NCBI GenBank assembly: GCA_937146765.1
Contig: CAKZRP010000068.1
Location: forward strand, 4,530-68,529
Direction: 5' to 3'
Length of the DNA: 64,000 nucleotides
Origin: an uncultured Rhodobacteraceae bacterium
Lineage (GTDB): Bacteria > Pseudomonadota > Alphaproteobacteria > Rhodobacterales > Rhodobacteraceae
Below are positions 28,451 through 35,978 of this stretch, one piece after another. Positions within the stretch are counted from its first letter, which is position 1; every line of letters begins with the position of its first letter. A program made the position numbers and the translations under genes. The notes below the pieces were generated by a model. The model was not told the origin of the DNA. It saw only the letters and a list, made by a program, of their open reading frames with translations, and did no database searches.

Positions 28451-29386
28451 TCAGTCCAGCGCCGAGAGCCGTGGGCCGCGGCGCGAGATCGCCTGCACAA
28501 AGGCCTCGCCCACCGGGGTGGGGCGCAGGGCGTCATCGACGAGGTTGATCTGCGGCACCTGCCCCTGCCAGGAATAGGGGTTGGCGGCGAACCAGGCGTA
28601 GCGCTCGACAAAGGGCAGGGCGTCCATCATGCGGATCGCCTCGCGGGCGAAACGGGCATTGGCCGCATAGGTGGCCCCTCCGGGGCGGCGCCAGTCGATA
28701 TAGGCGAATTCGGTGACCCAGATCGGCCGACGATAGGTGCGGTGCACCTCGCTCAGCCAGCGGCGGAAGGCCTCCACATCGCCATCGGTGGAGTAGTAAT
28801 GTACCGCCATGAAATCGACCCTGAGGCCACGCGCCTCCACCTCGGTCATGAACCGCTGCTGCCAGCTGCCGGCGCCCAGGGTCTGGCTCTGGGTGGTGGC
28901 CGGGCTGCCGAGCCGCAGACCGTGGCGCTCCAGTTTCGGCCAGAGGGCGACCGCCTTGGCGACGCTCAGGCTGGATTGATGGCCGCCGCTGCCGCCATCA
29001 GGCTCGTTGAAGCCAAGGAGGGCCCGCGGGCGTCGGGCGCTCTCGATCTTGTCGTTGACGTTTTTGGCGCCATGGATCATCGGCACGAATTCGACCGAGC
29101 GGCGGGCGGCCTTGGGCACCCACATATGGTCCATGCGCCAATTGTAGTACCAGTCAAGCCCCGGCTGATCCTCGATCCAGCCGAGCATGGTGTAATCGGG
29201 ATTTTCCCAGGCACCGATCCCCGCCTGCTGGGCGCGCGCGGGCAGGGCGGCGATGAGCAGGGCGAGACAGGTGCAGATCAGGCCCAGAGAGGCCGCCGTG
29301 CCATGACGGCGCGACCGATCCTCGGCCCGATGGGTGCAGAAGGACAGTACCGGGGCTGCGGCCCGGATCCAGTGAAATGCCGACAT
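28451..29386 (-). CDS. Secreted clan GH-A glycoside hydrolase (Glyco_hydro_cc/PF11790-like), last gene of the polysaccharide operon
   Basis: Signal/TM N-terminus, then LLGFNEPD and IWVTEFAY motifs (acid/base and nucleophile Glu of (beta/alpha)8 glycanases). Confidence 0.7.
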   Translation of the reverse strand: MSAFHWIRAAAPVLSFCTHRAEDRSRRHGTAASLGLICTCLALLIAALPARAQQAGIGAWENPDYTMLGWIEDQPGLDWYYNWRMDHMWVPKAARRSVEFVPMIHGAKNVNDKIESARRPRALLGFNEPDGGSGGHQSSLSVAKAVALWPKLERHGLRLGSPATTQSQTLGAGSWQQRFMTEVEARGLRVDFMAVHYYSTDGDVEAFRRWLSEVHRTYRRPIWVTEFAYIDWRRPGGATYAANARFAREAIRMMDALPFVERYAWFAANPYSWQGQVPQINLVDDALRPTPVGEAFVQAISRRGPRLSALD

Positions 29387-29423
29387 AAGAGCCGATCCGC
29401 CGCGCGGGGCGGATCCTCAGCGG

Positions 29424-29705
29424 TCAGTTGGCGTAGCAGCGCGAGCGCTGCCCGAAACCGGACGCGGAGCAGATAAAACTGCCCGACCCTACCTGACGCA
29501 CCCGCTGAACGCGGCGTTCCGGCTTGGGCGCCGGGGTCTGCAGCAGGTTCAGCCCGGAGGAGGCGGAAGTCAGCCGCACATCACGGCTCTTGTCCTGACC
29601 CGCAGAGGCTGCGCCCGCCGCCAGAAGGCCGCAGGTCAACAGGCTCACAAAGGAGAGTTTCAAGGAAGAAAGGCGCGCTGCCCGCGCGTTGTTACACATT
29701 GTCAT
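29424..29705 (-). CDS. Small secreted protein (93 aa) with two C-terminal Cys
   Basis: Signal peptide (LSFVSLLTCGLLAAGAASA). It lies between the two glycanase genes on the same strand. No family recognised. Confidence 0.5.
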   Translation of the reverse strand: MTMCNNARAARLSSLKLSFVSLLTCGLLAAGAASAGQDKSRDVRLTSASSGLNLLQTPAPKPERRVQRVRQVGSGSFICSASGFGQRSRCYAN

Positions 29706-29983
29706 GATCACTGCCTCGTTCACCCTGTTGAAGGGCTGGTTCACTCTTGAAGGGGGCGATCCCTTGGGGCGAACCCTACCAAAAAGCTGTCAAAGCGACA
29801 AAGTGATTGTCCCCGCAGTGGCCTAATATTGCCTTAACCGAATTTGGCATGGGCCGGGTCGCGCGGGGATCGAGGGCGGCGAAAAGCGGTAAGTGACTGA
29901 AAGAAAGGGGCCCGCCAGCGGCGGGCCCCGATCAGAATTGCCTGTCAAGTTTTAGGCGGATTGTCGCCAAAATGGCGACAATC

Positions 29984-30916
29984 TCAGTCCGAAAGCCGCG
30001 CCTCGCGCGGTTCCAGCGTGTTCTGCGGGAATTGCCAATCCGGCAGTCCAAAGTCGTCGGGCCAGGGGTAGACCTCCTGTTGGTTGAAATAGAGAACCGC
30101 GCGCAACTCGGGGTATTCGCTGATCCGGCTGCGCACCGCCTGATTCCATTTTTCCACATAGGCGGCATCGCCGACATAGCCGAGCTCCGCGATCACCACC
30201 GGCAGGCCAAACTCCAGCGCCCGCTGGTATCGCGGGGCAAAGATGTCGTCAAAGCTCTGCTCGCCGCCGAGGATCTTCTGTTCCCAGTCCTGCAGGCCAA
30301 AGACCGACAGGCCCACCACATCGACATAGTCGTCGCCGGGATAGAACTGCGCCATGGTCTCGAAGCCCAGCGGCGACCACATGTAGTCGAACTGGTCCGA
30401 TTCCGCCCGGCAGATGTCCACCACCCGCCGATAGGCGGCGACATAGGTCTCCGGGTTCCACTGCGCCCAGATGAACTGGCCGGAGGTATCGTCCATCTCC
30501 TGGGCCCAACGGATGGTCACCGGCGACTTGAACCCGGCGAGGGTCTTGCAGATCTCGCGCATATTGGCGTCGTAGGTGCCGTTGAAGATGCCTTCGATCA
30601 GGGTCGCGGAGGTGTTGCGCTCGTTGCGGGTCCAGGTCCAGGGCTCGATTGTCACCAGCACGTTGCGCCGCCGCTCCTGGGCGTATTCATCCGCCTGCAG
30701 CAGCGAGGGCAGGAAAACATCCTCCCAGGGCAGGAACAGATGTTCGATCTGCACGTCGCGGTCGTCGGTGAAGCCGCCGTTTGGATCATAGACGCCAAAG
30801 GGCAGGGCCCCCGGCGGCGCCGCCAGAGCGAGGCTGGTGAAAAGCGCGAACCAGGTCAACGTGCCTGTGGCAAACAGGACGGTGCCGGGATCGGAGCGGG
30901 TCAGTGTCAGGGTCAT
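29984..30916 (-). CDS. Glycoside hydrolase, GH26/COG4124-like endo-glycanase
   Basis: N-terminal signal/TM, a (beta/alpha)8-like sequence with candidate catalytic Glu in RWAQEMDD and VVIAELGY. It starts 19 nt downstream of the GT2 synthase gene. Confidence 0.6.
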   Translation of the reverse strand: MTLTLTRSDPGTVLFATGTLTWFALFTSLALAAPPGALPFGVYDPNGGFTDDRDVQIEHLFLPWEDVFLPSLLQADEYAQERRRNVLVTIEPWTWTRNERNTSATLIEGIFNGTYDANMREICKTLAGFKSPVTIRWAQEMDDTSGQFIWAQWNPETYVAAYRRVVDICRAESDQFDYMWSPLGFETMAQFYPGDDYVDVVGLSVFGLQDWEQKILGGEQSFDDIFAPRYQRALEFGLPVVIAELGYVGDAAYVEKWNQAVRSRISEYPELRAVLYFNQQEVYPWPDDFGLPDWQFPQNTLEPREARLSD

Positions 30917-30935
30917 GATGTCCTCCCGGGTTCAG

Positions 30936-32780
30936 TCATGGGGTGCGTCCGGTCCGATGGGGCTCAAAGGACAGGACCGTCTTGCCGGGCCCGCCAAGGC
31001 CCGCGCCAGCAACAGTGTATTGCGTCTTGATCAGCGCATAGGGTTCGATCCCCTGCGACAGGGCATAAAGGCTCTCCAGCCCGCGCCCGCTGAGACCGGT
31101 GACCAGCACCAGGGCGAGGGCACCGGGCAGGAGCATCTTGCCGGCATCGCCGAGGCGCAGCCGCGCCGGGGTGGCGGTCGCGCTGCGGGACCGGTCCTGT
31201 CGGCGCAGGTGATCGGCCACGATCACCGCAAGAATGATAACATAGATCAGACCGTTTATCGCCGAGAGAATGTAAAATCCCTGTGCGTGGACCAATCCGT
31301 CGCAGAGCAGAACCGGCAGCAGGCATCCCAGCGCCAGAAGGCCGTAGACCGCAAGGATCCGGGTCGGCAACACCGCCCGCGCCGCCTCGCCCTTGGGGGT
31401 GATGCGGAAATCGACAAAGCCGCCGGCGATGCGGTCGCGCAAGGCCATCACGCAGCCCCAGAGCACCCAGGGCCATTGCAGCACCAGGAACAGCGCCTTC
31501 TCCCAGGCGATGACACGGCCGTCGGCGGGCCGCAGGTAGCCATCGGCCTTCATAGCGTAGACCAGCAGCGTCAGCACCACGGCCTGCGGCAGCAGATGGC
31601 CGAGGAAGGCGGGAAAGCTGACATCGGCGTAGCGCATGTCGAACACCAGCGCGAGCACCGGCAGCAGGTAGAACAGCGCCATGAAACCCGCCAGCAACGG
31701 ATAGAGCAGCTGGCAGAACAGGAACAGCGCCCGGAGCCGCAGCGGCAGCCGGGCGAGGTAGCGCGGGGTATATTGCAGCAACAGGGTCACCAGGCTGCGC
31801 GACCACTGGAACTCCTGCGTGCACAGATCGGTGATATTGGCCGGCCCGTCGCCATGGGCGATGGCGTCAAAGGCATGGACCCCGCGCCATCCGCCTGCAT
31901 TCATCAGGAGGGTGGTGGAATGGTCCTCCGCCAGTTCCGGCCCGAGCCCGCCGACCTCGCGCAGGGCGCTGGTGCGCACCGCATAATGCGAGCCGATGCA
32001 CATAGGCGCCAGGAGTGCGGCATAGCCGCATTGGAAGACACCATGAAAGCTCGCCTCGGTATAAAGCCGCGCCCGCGCCGCCCAGGACTGGTGGGCATTG
32101 CGCGAACAGATGCTCGGCGCGCTGACATAGCCTACCCGCGGATCGGCAAAGCCGCGCAGGATCTCGGCCAGATAGGTCGGCTCCGGCACATGATCGGCAT
32201 CGAGCTGGGAGACGAAGTCATAGCGGGCATAGCCGTAGTGATCGTAGAAATACGCGAGGTTGCCCTCCTTGCAGCGGGTGCGCCGGGGCCAGGTCTTCTG
32301 GTGATACTCCGGGCAGTTCTGCCGGGTGGAGATCCGCACCCCATGGGCCGCGCACCAGGCGCGGGTCTCGGCATCCGGTGCCTCATCCGCCAGCCAGGTG
32401 TCATGCGGATAGCTCTGGTTCAGCATCGCCGAGAGGGTGGGGATCAGCACCGAGAGCGGCTCGGAGGGGGTCTTGGTCACGATCATCGCCACCCGCGTGC
32501 GATTGGGATCCGGCGGCGGGGCAGCGGGTTTGCGGGCATGGGGAAAGACCGCCATGAAAAAGCACTGCAGGAACAGCAGCCACCCCAGCGCCAGCGTGGC
32601 GAGCCAGTATTGCGGCCCGGCCAGCCGATGCTCCGGTGCCAACCACCAGTGCCAGAAATAGAGCGCGGCCAGCCCCCAGAGCAGGATCAGCAGGCGATTG
32701 CGCCAGCGCTGGCGCGGGCTCCAGATCGAGCGCAGCCAGCGCCCGTCGCCCGAGGGCGGCAGATCAGGCCACAATGTCAT
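30936..32780 (-). CDS. Processive family-2 glycosyltransferase (cellulose-synthase-like polysaccharide synthase)
   Basis: TM helices flank a GT2 core with QLDADHV (DxD) and QEFQWSRS (QxxRW) motifs, followed by a multi-TM C-terminus. I recognised no PilZ-like segment. The start overlaps the epimerase gene by 17 nt. Confidence 0.85.
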   Translation of the reverse strand: MTLWPDLPPSGDGRWLRSIWSPRQRWRNRLLILLWGLAALYFWHWWLAPEHRLAGPQYWLATLALGWLLFLQCFFMAVFPHARKPAAPPPDPNRTRVAMIVTKTPSEPLSVLIPTLSAMLNQSYPHDTWLADEAPDAETRAWCAAHGVRISTRQNCPEYHQKTWPRRTRCKEGNLAYFYDHYGYARYDFVSQLDADHVPEPTYLAEILRGFADPRVGYVSAPSICSRNAHQSWAARARLYTEASFHGVFQCGYAALLAPMCIGSHYAVRTSALREVGGLGPELAEDHSTTLLMNAGGWRGVHAFDAIAHGDGPANITDLCTQEFQWSRSLVTLLLQYTPRYLARLPLRLRALFLFCQLLYPLLAGFMALFYLLPVLALVFDMRYADVSFPAFLGHLLPQAVVLTLLVYAMKADGYLRPADGRVIAWEKALFLVLQWPWVLWGCVMALRDRIAGGFVDFRITPKGEAARAVLPTRILAVYGLLALGCLLPVLLCDGLVHAQGFYILSAINGLIYVIILAVIVADHLRRQDRSRSATATPARLRLGDAGKMLLPGALALVLVTGLSGRGLESLYALSQGIEPYALIKTQYTVAGAGLGGPGKTVLSFEPHRTGRTP

Positions 32781-33810
32781 GTCCCACCTCCCCGGTCCTG
32801 TCCGTCGCAGCGGTCTCTTGGTGCGGGGCCTCGCGCAGCGGCAGGCCAAAGGTCGGCGCCGCGTGGCGCAGGATGGTGTCCAGATCCGAGAGCCGGGGCC
32901 GGAATCCCAGCGTGGTGCGCGCCAGATGGGTATCGGCCACCAGTTCAGGCGGATCACCGGGACGGCGCGGCGCCGGATCCCAGCGCGGCGCCAGCCCGGT
33001 CACCTGTTCCACCGCCCGCAGGATCTCCAGGTTGGAGAGGCCACGTCCGGTGCCGAGATTGACCGCCAGGTTCTCCTGCCCGGCCAGAATGTAGCGCAGC
33101 GCGCGCACATGGGCCTCGGCCAGGTCGCTGACATGCACGTAGTCACGGATGCAGCTGCCGTCCGGCGTGGCGTAATCGGTGCCGAAGAGCTTGAGCCGTG
33201 GCCCGTCGCCCAGGGCCGACATCAGCGCCAGCGGGATCAGATGGGTCTCCGGGTCGTGGCGCTCGCGCAGGCTGCCCTCGGGATCGGCGCCGCAGGCGTT
33301 GAAATAGCGCAGCATCGCATAGCCGAGACCGCTGGCCCTGGCGGCATCGCGGATGATCTCCTCGCACCACAGCTTGCTGCGGCCGTAGGGCGTGATCGGG
33401 CGCTGCGGGGTGACCTCGCGGATCGGCTGGCTCTCGGGGATGCCATAGGTGGCACAGCTCGACGAGAAGACGATCCGGTTGACGCCGCAATTCCGCATCG
33501 CGCTGAGCAGCGAGATGGTGCCGCTGACGTTGTTGTCATAATAAAACAGCGGCTTTTCGACGGATTCCCCCACATAGGCCGCGGCAGCGAAATGCATCAC
33601 CACCCGGATGTGATGGCGGCGCATCACCTCCTCGACCGCGCTGCGGTCGCGGATATCGGCCACTTCCAGCGGTCCCCATTTCACCGCGTCGCGATGACCG
33701 GTGCGCAGGTTGTCGAGGCTGACGGGCAGGAAACCTGCGCGCGCCAGCGCCTTGCAGCTGTGGCTGCCAATAAAGCCGGCACCGCCGGTCACAAGCACGG
33801 AGACTGTCAT
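32764..33810 (-). CDS. UDP-sugar 4-epimerase (GalE family; possibly UDP-xylose 4-epimerase)
   Basis: VLVTGGAGFIGSH Rossmann motif and a YGRSK catalytic YxxxK. The start is 1 nt after the stop of the upstream decarboxylase gene. Confidence 0.85.
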   Translation of the reverse strand: MTVSVLVTGGAGFIGSHSCKALARAGFLPVSLDNLRTGHRDAVKWGPLEVADIRDRSAVEEVMRRHHIRVVMHFAAAAYVGESVEKPLFYYDNNVSGTISLLSAMRNCGVNRIVFSSSCATYGIPESQPIREVTPQRPITPYGRSKLWCEEIIRDAARASGLGYAMLRYFNACGADPEGSLRERHDPETHLIPLALMSALGDGPRLKLFGTDYATPDGSCIRDYVHVSDLAEAHVRALRYILAGQENLAVNLGTGRGLSNLEILRAVEQVTGLAPRWDPAPRRPGDPPELVADTHLARTTLGFRPRLSDLDTILRHAAPTFGLPLREAPHQETAATDRTGEVGHDIVA

Positions 33811-33811
33811 C

Positions 33812-34876
33812 TCACACCGCCTGCGCCGGGGCCCGAAGGCTCCTTTGGCCGCCATGGGCACCACTGGCCCCGATCTCGGTTGCGAAATAGGCGATGGTCG
33901 CCTCCAGCCCCCGATCGAGGTTCACCGTCGGCTCCCAGCCCAGCTCCTGCCGCGCGGAAGTGATGTCGGGCCGACGCTGACGCGGATCGTCCTGCGGCAG
34001 CGGATGATAGCTGAGCAGCGAGGTGGAGCCGGTCATCGCGAGCACCTTCTGCGCCAGTTCGGCAATGGTGAACTCGCCCGGGTTGCCGATATTGACCGGC
34101 TCGCTCAGATCGCGGTCGCTGTGCATGAGCCGCATCAGCCCCTCGACCAGATCGTCACGGTAGCAGAAGGAGCGGGTCTGGCTGCCATCGCCATAGATGG
34201 TGATGGGCGCGCCTTTCAACGCCTGGATGATGAAATTCGACACCACCCGCCCGTCCAGCGGATCCATCCCCGGCCCGTAGGTGTTGAAGATGCGCGCAAT
34301 ACGCACATCGACGCCCCGACAGATGTGATAGTCGTGGAACAGCGTCTCCGCCGCCCGCTTGCCCTCGTCATAGCAGGACCGCGGCCCCACGGTATTGACA
34401 TTGCCGTGGTAGCTCTCGCGCTGCGGGCTGATCGCGGGGTCACCATAGACCTCCGAGGTGGAGGCCTGCAGGATCCGCGCCCCATGCAGGCTGGCCAGCT
34501 CCAATAGATTGAGCGCGCCCGAGACATTTGTGCGCAGCGTATGGATCGGATCGATCTGATATCGCGGCGGCGAGGCCGGGCAGGCCATATTGTAAATCAG
34601 CGAGACCGGACCGGGCAGGCTAATCGGATGGACTACATCATGTTTAATAAAAACGAATTGCGGCAAGCGCAGCAATTCGCCGAGATTGCTCAGCCGACCA
34701 GTCGAAAGGTCATCGAGGCAATAGACCCGATATCCCATCTCGATATAGCGGTGACACAGCCAGGAACCGAGAAAACCGGCTCCGCCCGCGATCAGCACGG
34801 CCCTGGCTGACCAGAGTGACTGCGGCTCGTCACGCTGCGGAAAGTGATTCAATTTGACGTCGTTCACATAGTTCAC
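33812..34876 (-). CDS. UDP-glucuronate decarboxylase (UDP-xylose synthase family)
   Basis: [12 protein letters not shown] and YDEGKRAAE (YxxxK), with overall UXS-like sequence. GTG start with SD gaggag 8 nt upstream. Confidence 0.85.
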   Translation of the reverse strand: MNYVNDVKLNHFPQRDEPQSLWSARAVLIAGGAGFLGSWLCHRYIEMGYRVYCLDDLSTGRLSNLGELLRLPQFVFIKHDVVHPISLPGPVSLIYNMACPASPPRYQIDPIHTLRTNVSGALNLLELASLHGARILQASTSEVYGDPAISPQRESYHGNVNTVGPRSCYDEGKRAAETLFHDYHICRGVDVRIARIFNTYGPGMDPLDGRVVSNFIIQALKGAPITIYGDGSQTRSFCYRDDLVEGLMRLMHSDRDLSEPVNIGNPGEFTIAELAQKVLAMTGSTSLLSYHPLPQDDPRQRRPDITSARQELGWEPTVNLDRGLEATIAYFATEIGASGAHGGQRSLRAPAQAV

Positions 34877-35978
34877 AACGGTTGCTCCTCTTTGCGAGGG
34901 CGGTATTCGTCATGCGCTACTCGATTTGGCTGTCTATGGTCTTGAAAAATGCCACGCTTCAGCCGCACGGCGAGGGCTCAATGCCCTAGTATACTCTTTG
35001 ATCGCCCACTCTTTACGCGACGACTGAAAATTCTGATCAGGAAATCATCGTCTAACGTCAATTGTCGTAATTTAACTAAAGAGTAGTCAAGTATATCGAA
35101 AGTTTTGTTTAAATTTTTCAATCCTTGGCAGTGTGAATTTTTCGTGTCAGCACCTTTGGGTTGCCGGGATGGTGGTTTGGCACCGGTCTGACGCCGGGCG
35201 TGGAAGCAATTCCGAATATTCCGACAGAATCTCTTCGCTTTTTCGGAGCTTTTGCGATGGGGCATTCCCGGCGGGTCTTCGTGCGAGGCGATCGAGGCAG
35301 GGGAGTCGCAGGTCGGCTATGACCTCCCGGGCCGCCCGAACCTGTCCGGGCTGCCTCGGTCAGCGGATCTCTTCCCGCTCCGCCGGGCAGATCTGCCGAC
35401 GTGGCAGGCGGGATCGTGTCCCGCCATGGGACGCCGGAGCGGGTGGGATCAGGGAAAATCCCGGCGTTTCAAGGCATCTTGAGGCAGAAAAGAGGGGAAA
35501 AGGCAGGCGCGGTCCAGACAGCACAGGATTGCGAGACAGACCAGGTGGGAGAGTGAAAACGGTGCGGTCACGCTCCCAAACCACGTGTCTTAACACTTAA
35601 CTGTCCCGGCCTTGCAGCCGGCGCTGCCTTTGGGTGCGCTCGGCACCGGGCAACGAACTGGTACCCTGGATCACTCGGTCCCCGAAACGGGAACGCGACC
35701 GCAATTCCTTGATATCGCAACAACAGCATCTGTGGAAGTGGGCATAGCGGGGAAAACGGATAGGATTTGCACCCTTTTGCGCAATTTTCTTAGAGATGCG
35801 CGCCGATGTCGCAGGGATGCCTGCGCGAACTTGCGCGGAATTGATTTCATTTTGTGAAAGATTTGCGATATTGTTGCGCAGTCACCACAGGGTTTTACGG
35901 ATCTCCTCCGATCGATCCTGCGCGGCGCGGGATGAGTTTGGCATTGACGCTCCCGATTGGGCAAATCAGTCTCCCCGC

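Noticed and set aside
30837-33062. 741-aa plus-strand ORF
   Set aside because: It is antisense to the GT2 synthase and epimerase genes. The product is Arg/Gly/Gln-rich with no TM or catalytic motifs.
34877-35140. c-di-GMP riboswitch or clear sigma-70 promoter in the uxs operon leader
   Set aside because: I could not recognise the conserved GEMM features by eye. The candidate -10 (TATACT) lacks a convincing -35. A covariance-model search is needed.
34978-35857. Several 75-155-aa ORFs in the uxs-glnE gap (34978-35265 -, 35133-35600 +, 35252-35482 +, 35360-35596 -, 35612-35857 +)
   Set aside because: The products are Arg/Ser/Pro/Gly-rich, the ORFs overlap one another, they lack convincing SD sequences and I recognised no family. 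They are not reported as genes.
35940-35965. Possible sigma-54 or NtrC-type site upstream of glnE (TGGCAT...; TGCACC...GCGCAA at about 35770)
   Set aside because: The TGGCAT is not followed by TTGC at the required 5-nt spacing, and only half of an NtrC-like palindrome is present. This is not supportable.
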